Part shown: positions 10,328-20,946 of the stretch, piece by piece
Layout: the number at the start of each line of letters is the position of its first letter
How positions within the stretch are numbered: position 1 is the first letter of the stretch
The notes under the pieces: generated by a model
The model's database searches: none
What the model saw: the letters and a program-made list of their open reading frames with translations, nothing else
What the model was told of the DNA's origin: nothing
NCBI GenBank assembly: GCA_051599415.1
Contig: AP039690.1
Coordinates: forward strand, 868,001 to 932,000
Length of the DNA: 64,000 bases
Direction of reading: 5' to 3'
Source of the DNA: Savitreella phatthalungensis
Taxonomy: Eukaryota
Made by a program: the position numbers and the translations under genes

Positions 10328-11833
10328 TTACCACAACTCGTCCACGGCATTTAGTGGGTCGAGCCATCGGATGTCTGCAGAAAGTGGCTTCTTCTTCCAA
10401 CCGACTTGTGCCGCGCTGTCAGAAGAAGCCCGGCTTGAGTGCTCCAGCCAGGCTTGTCTTGCCACATCCCCGTCCCAGATTATTTCCGCCATCACTTTCC
10501 CTGTGCCGGGAGCTAGAGAAATTCCCCAGCATGAGTGTCCGGCTGCGATATACAGGCCAGCGCACAGTTTTCCGACAAGTGGTCCACCGGCCGTGCCGTA
10601 CAACTGACCCTTGAGACCTGCCGTGTCGCCGACGCCATTATGTCGACCGTCGGCGGCATCCTGAGAGCGCTCCGTATCGCTGATGGCTCCGGTACCCCTG
10701 GCACGCCGAGTCACCCCCGTCACAATCGGCAAGTAGCACGCCTGTCGCGAGCCGACGACCGTAGCTGCTGTGCTTCGTGCAAGATCTCGTAGTACTGGTG
10801 ACAACTCGAGCGTCTGATCGATCAGTGCTTGTGTGCGCGCATGATCCACCACTACGTCTGCGGCCGTCTGCGGCAAGGGGACGTCAGAGTCTCCTTCACC
10901 ACAAGTGTAGACTTCGTCCACACGCGCATACATCTCGGGGTTGCTCCGCGTTCCATCGGCAAAGCGACACTCCGTGAATACTGCATGCGGACTGACAGCT
11001 TGTGGAGTACGCAAGGTTATTGAGTGGGCGCGCTGTCCCGAGATAGGCAACGAGTCAGCTCGATCGCCAAGAATGCGGGCGCTCCATGGTCCAGCGGTGA
11101 TGACTATCCGCGTCGCATCTGAAATTGTGATAAGTTCATCATCCTGCTCAAATCTGGTCTCATCAGGTATTGGAACTGCATCTTCAGGTCTACTATTCTC
11201 AGCGGTCGTCCTCCCGTATTCAGTACCTGCAAAGTCGTCGAACCTGACTGGGGTATAGCAAACGCGTCCACGGTGAATATCTGACACGCGCCCAAGCACA
11301 TATCTCACACAGCCTTGTGCCCGTGTGTCTGCAAGCAGCGCCCGACAGAACCTTCGTGGATGAACCTGTGCCATGGTCGACGTGTCGCCGAGATCGTTGT
11401 ACCTCGTGACAAGATCGCCATCAATCCAATCAACTTCTTTCGGCACTTTGCTCTTGCCGATCTGAGGGCTACGCATCTTGCGCTTCGCGTCACATTCGAT
11501 GGAGATCGCATTCGTTCTTCGATAGTCCCAGCGTGTGCCGCCTTTGTGCTTCTTCGCCAAAGCGTCGTGAAGTGCGAAGGAAAGCTTGCCCAATGACGCC
11601 GTCGCTTGACCATGCCAGTCTTCGGCGAGCAGGCCACCAGCCTTTCCAGAAGCACCAGCAGCCGCGCAGACTGCCTCAATGATTGTAATCCGGTCTTTCT
11701 TGGCGTCAAACAAGGGATGCTGCCTACAGTGATAAGCAGTGCTGACGCCGATGACGCCCGCACCAATGATCACGATATGCTCCCCATCCCTCTCAGAAAG
11801 CCAAGAGGGCTGCTCCAATGAGCCTGATGGCAT
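10328..11833 (-). CDS. FAD-dependent oxidoreductase, DAO superfamily (Tda3-like)
   Basis: IVIIGAGVIG Rossmann motif, GASGKAGGLLA, AQVHP, AAGHSCWGISLAPGTGKVMAE. Confidence 0.9.
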   Translation of the reverse strand: MPSGSLEQPSWLSERDGEHIVIIGAGVIGVSTAYHCRQHPLFDAKKDRITIIEAVCAAAGASGKAGGLLAEDWHGQATASLGKLSFALHDALAKKHKGGTRWDYRRTNAISIECDAKRKMRSPQIGKSKVPKEVDWIDGDLVTRYNDLGDTSTMAQVHPRRFCRALLADTRAQGCVRYVLGRVSDIHRGRVCYTPVRFDDFAGTEYGRTTAENSRPEDAVPIPDETRFEQDDELITISDATRIVITAGPWSARILGDRADSLPISGQRAHSITLRTPQAVSPHAVFTECRFADGTRSNPEMYARVDEVYTCGEGDSDVPLPQTAADVVVDHARTQALIDQTLELSPVLRDLARSTAATVVGSRQACYLPIVTGVTRRARGTGAISDTERSQDAADGRHNGVGDTAGLKGQLYGTAGGPLVGKLCAGLYIAAGHSCWGISLAPGTGKVMAEIIWDGDVARQAWLEHSSRASSDSAAQVGWKKKPLSADIRWLDPLNAVDELW

Positions 11834-12359
11834 AGCGTGATGCCCTACCTCTACCGTCGTGACAAAACCAGCACTTCAATACTATCTGTGATGGACTTGA
11901 CTCTGTTCGTGCGCTTGTATACCTGGATCAATTGAATTACGATTGTTCAGCTTAGAGATATGCAGCATTTGATTAAGTCGTATACGAGGCTCTTGATCGT
12001 CAGTAAAGACGCCACTCACGTGAAAGCAATGACTTAGACTATGCAGACTCTACCGTGGCATATGTTCAGTCGGGACTGTCGTCAGTCTCCATACGATCGC
12101 GTGTTGTGACGCCGAGCGATCTTGCGCAAGGTTCGATAGAGCATTGTCTGCCTCAATGTAAGTAAAAAGCAGTCCGAAAGCAGTCCAATTAGTGATTCAC
12201 TCAGGTGAAATTCAAGCAGCATGTGGAACAGCATGGAGGACATTGGTGGTGCTTGAAATGTCAACGTAGCATGTCCGGCGGATCTCGGCCACACCGCTAT
12301 CCCTTTGTGCTGGGATCTTTCCCTTGCGATAGGAGATGAGATGAACGAGTCAAGTTGAT

Positions 12360-14180
12360 CTAAACCACGCCCAAAACTATCATGAAGCGCAGGTTGCCAA
12401 GTTCGACACCATCGTCAATGTGCTCGCGCTCGTCGTACGCACATAGGCCTCGTGACTTCCAGCCCCAGGACTGTGATCTGTGAAATTCGTCCGGTGCGCT
12501 CCGGAACTCTGTAAGGCCAACCTTGGAAGTGCCCTTCCTCGTGGGACAATAGATCTTAAAATACGTCGATATCGTAGAGCGATGGTCAACATATGGTCGC
12601 GTTCGTGCTTCGGCGGCACTGATCGGCGAGGCCGAAACACCACCTGTGGCCTGAGCATCTTTCGTTGGGGTGAAGAGAGAATTGGCAGCTTGCACAGGTG
12701 GCATGCCAAGGGAAACGACTCGACGAGATGGAGTGGATGGAGTAGCCTCCAGCTCGTCTGGCAGACTGTCTACCGAGTCGTGGCACTTGATCTCGACACG
12801 GTGCAAATAGACGCCAAGCTGCCGGGTCTTGCGTGCTCTAACCTTGTTGTGAATATAGATGTTCCAGTAGCTTCCTGCATAAAAGACTGTGTGCGAATAG
12901 ACACGAGTGTCCTCTTTCAGGTCGCTTACACGGTCGAATTCAGCACAAAAGCGGAATGGTGGAAAGGCACTGAAAGACTGAGAAGGTATGCTGCTCGGTG
13001 TAGCCGCGTTTTGACAAGGGACCGACATCAGAGGATCACCGATATAGCAAGTGTCGTCGAAAGGTATTGGATATGGGGTCTGCTTCTCTTGCGTGACGCC
13101 CAATGTCGAGCCATGCGCCTGTGCGATGTGCTCCTTCAGATCAACCTGATTCCACAGTGCGCGGAAGAGCACGTTCTCGTCCACGATACCATCTGCTCTA
13201 ATCTTCTTCAGCTCATTCTGCGTCATGTGCATGTAGTAGACGCATTCGCACAGCGTCTCATGCAGAGCTTCCGTATCCTCGGGGTTTCTCCGCCTGTGTG
13301 CCAGGAGAGAACAGATGAAGTTGTACCGATCGATCTCGGATCCACAGAAGAAGGCATCATGCCCTACAATCTCACAGACAAAGTCGACTGGTATGCCATC
13401 CCACTCATGCATCGACATTTCGATACCGTCGCGCAGCAACAGCGCTCTCGATGCCTCTCTCAAGCGATCCGAGGCGATTCCGTACGTCGAGCTTGCTGAC
13501 ACAAACTTCAGCACAAGTGCGACATTCGAGCTTGACAACGTGCGAAGCTGATATGAGGTACATTGGTCGACGAGATCGCTGAGGTCGAGGTAGGTTGCAG
13601 TAGCAAGAACGGCTAGCAGGTCGGTCTGCTCAAATGAGCCATTCTTCCCGTAGATGCGCTGCAGAACAAACTCGAATGACTGGAGAGTGATATTTGGATC
13701 GTCAAATTGCAGCTCAAGCGTAGACGAGTCGTTGTCGCGCCATGGCCCGCTGAACATGGCGCTGAAGAATGGTGAACGGTCGAGAATAATGCGATGCAGG
13801 CTCCAGGCTTTGCCAAAAGCTTTCACAGTCACGTCAGAGCATACTCCTTCGAGGAAGCCACGATTAAAGATATGGTCGTCAATCTTGCTGGAGGTGTGTC
13901 TTGTGGGATTGCGTCGCGGGGAACGGACCGGGGCCGGACTGCCCGAGTCGAGAGATTGCCATGCCACTGAGCTCGCCAAGCTGAAATTCCTAGCGGGCCA
14001 CTCAGGATTGTCGGGTTCCTTGACAAGCGTCGCGTAACTCGTGTCCGAGACAAACCGTGATGGTCGAGACGGTGTCGCATGCACAGATCTGTACGGAAGT
14101 GTTGAGGAGGTGGGTTCAGAGGAGGTCTGGAGATCCTCTATCATATCAGCCAGATCATCTACATGAGATGCTCGAATCAT
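12360..14180 (-). CDS. BTB/POZ-domain protein (germ-cell-less-like) with MATH-like C-terminal region; likely Cul3 adaptor
   Basis: SDVTVKAFGKAWSLHRIILDRSPFFSAMFSGPW is a BTB start; FPPFRFCAEF, FYAGSYWNIYI and SQSWGWKS are C-terminal motifs. Confidence 0.85.
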   Translation of the reverse strand: MIRASHVDDLADMIEDLQTSSEPTSSTLPYRSVHATPSRPSRFVSDTSYATLVKEPDNPEWPARNFSLASSVAWQSLDSGSPAPVRSPRRNPTRHTSSKIDDHIFNRGFLEGVCSDVTVKAFGKAWSLHRIILDRSPFFSAMFSGPWRDNDSSTLELQFDDPNITLQSFEFVLQRIYGKNGSFEQTDLLAVLATATYLDLSDLVDQCTSYQLRTLSSSNVALVLKFVSASSTYGIASDRLREASRALLLRDGIEMSMHEWDGIPVDFVCEIVGHDAFFCGSEIDRYNFICSLLAHRRRNPEDTEALHETLCECVYYMHMTQNELKKIRADGIVDENVLFRALWNQVDLKEHIAQAHGSTLGVTQEKQTPYPIPFDDTCYIGDPLMSVPCQNAATPSSIPSQSFSAFPPFRFCAEFDRVSDLKEDTRVYSHTVFYAGSYWNIYIHNKVRARKTRQLGVYLHRVEIKCHDSVDSLPDELEATPSTPSRRVVSLGMPPVQAANSLFTPTKDAQATGGVSASPISAAEARTRPYVDHRSTISTYFKIYCPTRKGTSKVGLTEFRSAPDEFHRSQSWGWKSRGLCAYDEREHIDDGVELGNLRFMIVLGVV

Positions 14181-14395
14181 TTGCGATGGCGTGTGATGCA
14201 GTCTGATCCGAGCACAAGCCTAGACCTGCCCAGACTTTGCTGGAGAAATCTGGACGTGACGCGAGGATCGAGGATTGAGGATTGCGCCGCAGACTGTATG
14301 AGATGTGTATCTGGCTTGCAGTACTTGTTGCTATGTATGCAACACTACGTCGACATGTGTATGTATGTAGGTAGGTAACATGACTATGATTTAAT

Positions 14396-14630
14396 GATCG
14401 TAACTGTGATTGTGATCGTAATTGTGATTGTGATTGCATCAATTGTGATATCAGTTGTCATGCAGTGTTGGTGATCATCTAATTTAACTTCAGACGGCTG
14501 CTGTGATTGATCTAGCTATTTGTGATTGTGATCGATGGATACACATAAAATTCCGTGTCATGGTTGCAATACAAGATTCAAGTAGCATTCAGTATATGTG
14601 ATCTTCAGCTAGGACGCATATGCATGTGAT
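14396..14630. repeat. Cluster of TGTGAT hexamers including an 18-bp tandem duplication
   Basis: GATCGTAAyTGTGATTGT occurs twice from 14396. TGTGAT at 14405, 14411, 14423, 14429, 14444, 14502, 14521, 14527, 14597 and 14625. Confidence 0.8.
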
Positions 14631-14827
14631 GCCGATCTAAACAAAGTCCAAGATCGAACGTTCTGATCCACAAATATGGAGCTGTATGCAGTATATATCC
14701 ATAGGCTAGGTTGTCGACTATTTAGTGGACGGTCAATCTATTGAAATAGAAAATTTGTCAAAGCCAGCGGGGAAGCATTGACAGACTGTATCGCCTTAAA
14801 CGGCCATACATGAATTTGAAAAGATCA

Positions 14828-14846
14828 AATTGAATTGAATTGAATT
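14828..14846. repeat. (AATTG)n microsatellite
   Basis: AATTGAATTGAATTGAATT. Confidence 0.8.
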
Positions 14847-15263
14847 TAGATCTCAACGGATTCCCGATAGGATTGGCGGAGATCAATCCCGCTCACTTCT
14901 CTTGCTTTTCTTCTCCAGCTTCTTCCTTCAGCTTCCTCATCCAGCCATGCTCATTACAGGCTCCCCAACTCTGAAGCCTCGGAAACCTGTAGCCGAGAGT
15001 TCGTTCTTCCGGGCTCCCGATCACTGATGCACGCTCGCCAGGGCTTCGGCTCTTTGAACCGCTCGGCTCCGCGATGCAGTCACTCACAGCTTGGATGCAA
15101 CGCCAGACACAATTGACTGCTTGACTGCATGGCAATAGCAAAGGTTCCGGAATCACATCAATTGAAGGTCGATGTCCGCACTCTGCTGATACATCTTATC
15201 GACTATATACAACGTGATCTTGGGTCAACCACATTGCTCTAATTGTTTTGGAAGCAGCAAGGT

Positions 15264-16322
15264 ATGAATAATCTTTCGATCCTGTCGTCTCAGGACGTTC
15301 GTGAGCTGCTGGACGAGTACAGACATTTACTGCCTGTCGCAGGACTGCTCGCAGGACTCGCTCTCGGTTACCGCTTCGGACGTCATTCCAATTCGACGGG
15401 GCCACGCGTGATCAAAGCTCCAGTCCCAGCAACGTCAAACGGCTATCCGAGCGACTACTATGACGGTGGAAAGCAAGTAGCCACTCCCTATGGTGACATT
15501 CGCGTGTACGAGTTTGGGCCTGCCGACGGCGAGCGTCTGCTGTTCGTCCATGGAATCTCGACGCCTTCTCCAGTATTCTCAAAGGTGATAGATCGACTAC
15601 AATCGTTGGGTAAATACAGGGTCGCCCTGTTCGACCTTTTCGGCCGCGGTTACACGGACAGCCCGGATGTGCCTCACGACGACAGGCTATATGTCACACA
15701 GCTTCTCATCGTCCTTCGCCATCTTGGCTGGGACAGATGCTCGCTTGTCGGGTACTCTCTCGGCGGCGGTATTGTCGCCGACTTTGCATCCTACTTCCCA
15801 CAATCGATTGACAAGGTTGTCATGATTGCACCTGCAGGCCTGCTCGTCGAATCCTCTCTGCCGGCGGTGCGACGTATTGCCAAATCGCCACACGTGCCGC
15901 TTGCAGTTGTCTCTGCGCTCCAGGGCCTCGTGCGCCCCCGAGCACATGAAACGAAAGTGCAGGTCGGCGGCGACCGACGAGATCTAGCCCGTGTCATTGA
16001 CTTCCAGGACCGACAGCACAAAGGCTTTCTCCGCTCCTATCTGAGTACATATCGCAACGCCGTCATCTTCGATCGCTGGGATGTGTTCGAGCGACTCGCC
16101 AGGACAGAGCTACACGCAGGTGACAGGTGCAGAGCAATCTGGGGCAGTCGCGACGACATAGTCGACACGCAGGTAGTCTCCGCCAATCTGGTAAAGGCGC
16201 TACCGGCATGCGAAGTCGTCATCATCGATGACGTCGCGCACGACGTCGCAGCCAGCAGGCCAGACGATCTTGCAGATAGAATTCATGCCTTCCTCAAGGG
16301 CACAACGAAACAGGCTAAATAG
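15264..16322 (+). CDS. Alpha/beta-fold hydrolase with N-terminal membrane anchor
   Basis: FVHGIS, FDLFGRGYTD, nucleophile elbow GYSLGG, WGSRDDIV and the His in VAHD; hydrophobic LLPVAGLLAGLALG. First ATG at 15264. Confidence 0.9.
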   Translation: MNNLSILSSQDVRELLDEYRHLLPVAGLLAGLALGYRFGRHSNSTGPRVIKAPVPATSNGYPSDYYDGGKQVATPYGDIRVYEFGPADGERLLFVHGISTPSPVFSKVIDRLQSLGKYRVALFDLFGRGYTDSPDVPHDDRLYVTQLLIVLRHLGWDRCSLVGYSLGGGIVADFASYFPQSIDKVVMIAPAGLLVESSLPAVRRIAKSPHVPLAVVSALQGLVRPRAHETKVQVGGDRRDLARVIDFQDRQHKGFLRSYLSTYRNAVIFDRWDVFERLARTELHAGDRCRAIWGSRDDIVDTQVVSANLVKALPACEVVIIDDVAHDVAASRPDDLADRIHAFLKGTTKQAK

Positions 16323-16714
16323 ATCATACAGGCCGCTGTAGGAGATTGTAACGAGTGACTGTGATTTTTTTTTCCGTCGGCTATAAGTCTACTCCGTCTC
16401 ACTGTTCTAACGAGGCTTATTGACGTTGTTTGTTGGGTCGCCGTTGATGGCTCGCAGCTGGCTTGGGCTGGGCTGTGAGATGTCTGTCATGCGCTTCAAC
16501 TCGTCTTGAGTCGGATCTGGAATCTGTCCAGAAAGTCAGCAAGCTTATCCACATCAAAATGTTTGCATGGCATGCTCATTCGCAGTAGAGATGGCAACAA
16601 CATTATGCCCTTGCTTGTCATGACGTCGAGGATGTCGACACACGATAGTAGAGAGATGCACTCGCCCCGGGTCTGCTCGAAAGAGCTAAGCCATCAGATG
16701 GACTCACCATCTAT

Positions 16715-17725
16715 TCAGGGCCTTACGTTGGCAGCGACGTTTACAGGCACATAGGCAGCGGTCACTTTCTCCACCTTTGCGCCTTTAGGAATGCGGTCTC
16801 CAGGAGCGGCCTGCATCATCCCATCGGCCTCGCGCAGGGCGATTCCTGGTGTGACCATGCCCACGGCACTGTCCAGCTTCATAGCCTTCAACTGGGCTTG
16901 AGTCTCGATCTGCTGCTTGTTGACAGCTTCAATCTTAGCTCGCGTCTTGACCGAGTCCGGGCTGAAATCTTTCCGACCTGTCAACAGAAAAAAGCAACGT
17001 CAGCGTAACCAATAAAAAAATCATGTGAGAATTTGCCTCACCTTCATTGTCCCGCTGAATCACACCGAAACAACCACCGAAACTGCCAGCGAAAGCCGCA
17101 TTTCTGCAACGTACAACGCAGCTGCGTCCATTCGAGCCTCCGACGCAGTCAAGATCGTCCGGCAGCTTGAGTTTCATGTCGTAACTCGTCTGTACGACGG
17201 AGTTGAGTCCGGCCACACCCGGGACGTCTTTCAGCACTTGCACCGGCCTGAACGTCGCGCTGTTCGCAGTCCCGGTCGGATCAATTTGGCAAAGGTAGGG
17301 ACCTGCGCCGTCTCCGTTGACCTGATGCATCTGCACGGTGATCTCGCTGCCTCGAGCGACCTCCGGAAGGAGCTTCTGTTCGATGTGCTGCTCTAGATGC
17401 AAAACATGCGGTTAGTGTACCGAGCTTTGGGAATTTGGTGAGATGTTCGGCAAATAAACCTACCAAGGACTGTGCTTGTGTCAATCATGCCGCCCCCTTG
17501 AGTGCGGCCACAACCACCGACATTGTTGGTAGCCAGTTCTGCGTCGCGCATGATAGGCGAGTCACTCTGACACGGGACTACGCTGAAGCAATTTCGGAAG
17601 TTATTTGCATCCACTCCGAAGCCGATGCCTTGTGGTCCGCCAGTACCGATGACGGCCGAGATGACGGAATGCGCGTAGACGCTGCCTGCCAGCAGGCTAA
17701 TAGTCGTGTACGCGGTAACGAACAT
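16715..17725 (-). CDS. Secreted Egh16/GAS1/CAS1-like (DUF3129) protein, 291 aa; exons 17725-17464, 17392-17042, 16977-16715
   Basis: Signal peptide MFVTAYTTISLLAGSVYA followed by HS; motifs PCQSDSPI, GCGRT, MHQVNGDGAGPYLCQIDPTG, CVVRCRNAAFAGSFGGC. Introns 17463-17393 (GTAGGT..CTAAC..TAG) and 17041-16978 (GTGAGG..CTGAC..CAG) join three ORF-track fragments in frame. Confidence 0.9.
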
Positions 17726-18005
17726 CGCAGGAAAGAGAAGGAAGGAGCAGCGGCGAATTAAAGTGTTCTGACTTGGGATTCTTTTCTTCGCTCCACCGAC
17801 CAGCTGTGTTAGAGATCACTACGGCATCTTATATCTATCGCCTTCATGAACTGGTGCGAGGGCTGGTACATCTATGACGGCTTGCTCGTCAGAACTGCAT
17901 CGATACATACAGTGTCTCAGCCTGGCCGCTGAACCGCTAGATGGCAGGCTGAGACGAACGCTGCTTCAACGGACCGCACCGGCGAGCGCAATCAACCTCG
18001 GCGCC

Positions 18006-18428
18006 TCATGCATTCGGGTCGGGCTTTACTATGCCGCGCTTAAGGACGTAGTAGGCGACAGTACTGTCCGGATCGATGATGGCCAGGAGAATCTTCTCGA
18101 TCGTTGCATTGAGCGCTGCGGATGCTGCAACGAACAAGCGGTCGAAGATTTCCAGCGTCACCTGCTCAAGTCGGCTGACCGCGTACACGAGCTCTGTAAC
18201 GCCCTTAAGCGTGCCAGATAGCAAAGGCCGCCATCCAGATGCCATGCGGTGAATGCGTACATCTTGCCAGTCTTGCGATAGTCGCACATCGGCATATGCT
18301 GCATAAATCAGCCCGTATTCATGCTCCGGCAGGATTTCCTTGAACTCGAGAAGCTCTGGAGGTGGCCAGTCCTCAATGGTTTTGGCACGATCTAGCAGCC
18401 GCGCGACATTTCTGTCCTTCGATGACAT
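18006..18428 (-). CDS. SEN15: tRNA-splicing endonuclease subunit Sen15
   Basis: C-terminal ILLAIIDPDSTVAYYVLKRGIVKP motif; ATG at 18428 (MSSKD) gives 140 aa. Confidence 0.85.
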   Translation of the reverse strand: MSSKDRNVARLLDRAKTIEDWPPPELLEFKEILPEHEYGLIYAAYADVRLSQDWQDVRIHRMASGWRPLLSGTLKGVTELVYAVSRLEQVTLEIFDRLFVAASAALNATIEKILLAIIDPDSTVAYYVLKRGIVKPDPNA

Positions 18429-18656
18429 GCGAGCGCAAGCCGAGTCCTCAGCGCATCCTTGATGCCATTGTCCGCTAGTCTGGACGTCTTCGATAGTCAA
18501 TGGGTATCCACTGCCAAAACCTTCCTGAATCAATCCTGGCGTCACGTGCCGACGCGGCCTGCCCAGAATTCGGAAGGCAAGACAGGCACATATATTTATC
18601 GAGTTACACAGCACTCCCAGTGAAACAAGACGGTGTCAATCAAAAGTAGTCGTGAG

Positions 18657-19892
18657 ATGACCTCGGCAACTTGTGCGCTTGCGACGTCGGCCGTCTCTCG
18701 TTCTGTCGAGCCAGTTGGCCAACATTTCCTGGCTCATGCTCGCAGGAAACGTCACTCCCGCACGTTCTCGGAAGACGAGCGACTCGAGGCGGAGAAGAAC
18801 GTGAAGAACGTTGAAGAAGTCGAAGAAGAGGAAGCCGAAGAACCTGAAAGTGCTGAATTGCTCAAGAGTGATCCGAAGGACTGGAAGAAACAAGACCATT
18901 ACGCTGTACTCGGTTTATCAAAGTATCGATACCGTGCCAACGATGCTCAGATAAAGAAGGCGCACCGCAAGAAGGTGCTCAAGCATCATCCGGACAAGAA
19001 AGCTGCTCTGTCTGGCAACGTCAACGATGATGCTTTCTTCAAGTGCATTGCTAAAGCCTTCGAGATTCTCTCCGACCCGGTCAAGCGAAGGCAGTACGAT
19101 TCTGTCGATGAGGGAGCCGACGTGCCTGAGCCTTCGAAGAAAAGTAAGGACTTCTACAAGGCGTGGGGTCGCTTCTTTGAGGCCGAAGGCCGATTCTCCA
19201 ACAGACAACCCGTACCCAAGCTCGGTGGAGACGATGCGCCAAAGAACGAAGTTGACCAGTTTTACGACTTCTTCTACAACTTTGATTCCTGGAGGACATT
19301 CGAATACCTCGATAAGGACCTTCCAGACGACACAGATTCTCGCGATCAGCGTCGTTACCAGGAGAAGAAGAACAAAGCAGAACGGGCGCAGCGCAAAAAA
19401 GAGGACAACGCTCGATTGAGGGCAAAGACAGACGAGGCGCTCAGCCTGGATCCTCGATACAAGCGCTTCAAGGAAGAAGAAAAAGCCGCAAAGGCCAAGG
19501 CTAAATGGGATCGTGAGGCTGGCGCACGTGAAGCTGCCGAGAAGGCTCGTCTGGAGAAGGAGGCTGCGGACAAGAAAGCGGCGGACGAGGCAGCCGCTAG
19601 CGCCGCGAACAAAGCCGAATCGAAGGCGGCAAAGGAGGCTGCGAAGAAGAACGCGCGGAAGGACAAAAAGACTATCAAGGCGGCCCTGAAAGACTGCAAC
19701 TACTTCTTCGCTGGCGCCAACGACGCACCGATCGATGTCGTCGACAAGACGCTGTCAGAGATCGAGTCTTTGATGGAACAATTGGAAGGCACGAAGCTCA
19801 GCGAATTTGCCAAGGAATTGACGGCCGCTGGGGGCGATAAAAACAAGCTGCAAAGCGCTTTCGCGTCGAAAGGTGTTCCTTCTGCTGCGTGA
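18657..19892 (+). CDS. ZUO1: Zuotin, ribosome-associated J-domain chaperone
   Basis: EPVGQHFLAHARR, DPKDWKKQDHYAVLGL, HHPDK J-domain motif, FDSWRTFEYLD and a charged middle domain. Confidence 0.97.
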   Translation: MTSATCALATSAVSRSVEPVGQHFLAHARRKRHSRTFSEDERLEAEKNVKNVEEVEEEEAEEPESAELLKSDPKDWKKQDHYAVLGLSKYRYRANDAQIKKAHRKKVLKHHPDKKAALSGNVNDDAFFKCIAKAFEILSDPVKRRQYDSVDEGADVPEPSKKSKDFYKAWGRFFEAEGRFSNRQPVPKLGGDDAPKNEVDQFYDFFYNFDSWRTFEYLDKDLPDDTDSRDQRRYQEKKNKAERAQRKKEDNARLRAKTDEALSLDPRYKRFKEEEKAAKAKAKWDREAGAREAAEKARLEKEAADKKAADEAAASAANKAESKAAKEAAKKNARKDKKTIKAALKDCNYFFAGANDAPIDVVDKTLSEIESLMEQLEGTKLSEFAKELTAAGGDKNKLQSAFASKGVPSAA

Positions 19893-19914
19893 TGACACTA
19901 CACATGCTGGATTC

Positions 19915-20946
19915 TCAGGCGTCCGCGATTTTATAGACCAGCTTCTCGGCACTGACCTTGCCATCCATTTGAAGTTGAAAACCTTCGAGTATGTTGTCCA
20001 ATCCTCCCAATTCCTTGACACGATTCGGTTTAATCTTTCCCTGTGTAAGGAGATCCGGGAGCATCGAAAGGTATTTCTCCCACAGAGCCTTGTCTTCTGG
20101 CGTTCTGCCTCCACAATTATCGAAGGCGCCGTAGTGCAGCTCGCGCTCGAACACCGTGTAAACGATGGTGGATTCTGCCTTGACCTTGGAATTCGATATC
20201 TCCGACTTGTCTGTTGGCAGGAGCGTCACGATGAGGCCACCTTTCGTGGGCGACATTGCACGCGAGATGGCGACGGTCGTGCCGTTCTCGGAAATCGTGT
20301 CAAAGGCATGCTGTAGATTGTCGTGAGAGACGTTTCGAATTTGATCCACCCAATCTTGGTCATTGTAATCCACAACGGCATCAGCACCGAGGTCGAGGAG
20401 CAGCTGGTGATTACGTTTTGAGCCTGTGGCAATGACGAAGAGCCCAGCCAGCTTAGAGAGCTGAATTGCATACTTGCCAACGGATGAAGAGCCTCCGTTG
20501 ATGACGATCGGAATAGGCGTCGTCGCAGGCTTCGACGGCTCCGGCAGTGAGAGACGCTGGAATAGCGCCTGCACCGCCGTTGCAAAAGCCAATGGAATGA
20601 CTGTAGCCTGCTGAAACGAAATTCCATCGGGAATGGGATATACCAGTGAAGCCTCGACAACCGCAAACTCGGCAAAGACGCCGCGAGTGGGCTTGACAGC
20701 GGTGCCCTGTACAAATCCGGCGACGCGCTGGCCCTCACGCCAATGAGAGCCATTACTGTCGTGCACTGTGCCGGCAAAGTCGCAGCCAATGATCCGACCG
20801 GGCGGCACAGCGCGCATAGCCTTCCAGTCCGTTGGATTTTGGGCTACATAATGCACTTTGATAAGGATCTCGCCCTCCTCGGGTTTCGGCTGTTCGACCT
20901 CCTGGACTTCTGCAGTCTTGCCTTGAATCGTCACGAGGGCCCGCAT
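19915..20946 (-). CDS. Medium-chain reductase, enoyl-reductase-like (ToxD/LovC-like)
   Basis: VAQNPTDWK, GCDFAGTV, NGGSSSVGKYAIQL, GKVSAEKLVY; ATG at 20946 (MRALV). Confidence 0.9.
   Translation of the reverse strand: MRALVTIQGKTAEVQEVEQPKPEEGEILIKVHYVAQNPTDWKAMRAVPPGRIIGCDFAGTVHDSNGSHWREGQRVAGFVQGTAVKPTRGVFAEFAVVEASLVYPIPDGISFQQATVIPLAFATAVQALFQRLSLPEPSKPATTPIPIVINGGSSSVGKYAIQLSKLAGLFVIATGSKRNHQLLLDLGADAVVDYNDQDWVDQIRNVSHDNLQHAFDTISENGTTVAISRAMSPTKGGLIVTLLPTDKSEISNSKVKAESTIVYTVFERELHYGAFDNCGGRTPEDKALWEKYLSMLPDLLTQGKIKPNRVKELGGLDNILEGFQLQMDGKVSAEKLVYKIADA

Noticed and set aside
12480..13499. 339-aa antisense ORF over the BTB gene, and similar antisense ORFs over SCP160, ZUO1 and others
   Set aside because: Shadow ORFs of well-supported genes in GC-balanced sequence, with no motifs.
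14798..14895. ACGGCCATAC resembling a 5S rRNA 5' end
   Set aside because: The downstream sequence does not follow 5S conserved blocks.
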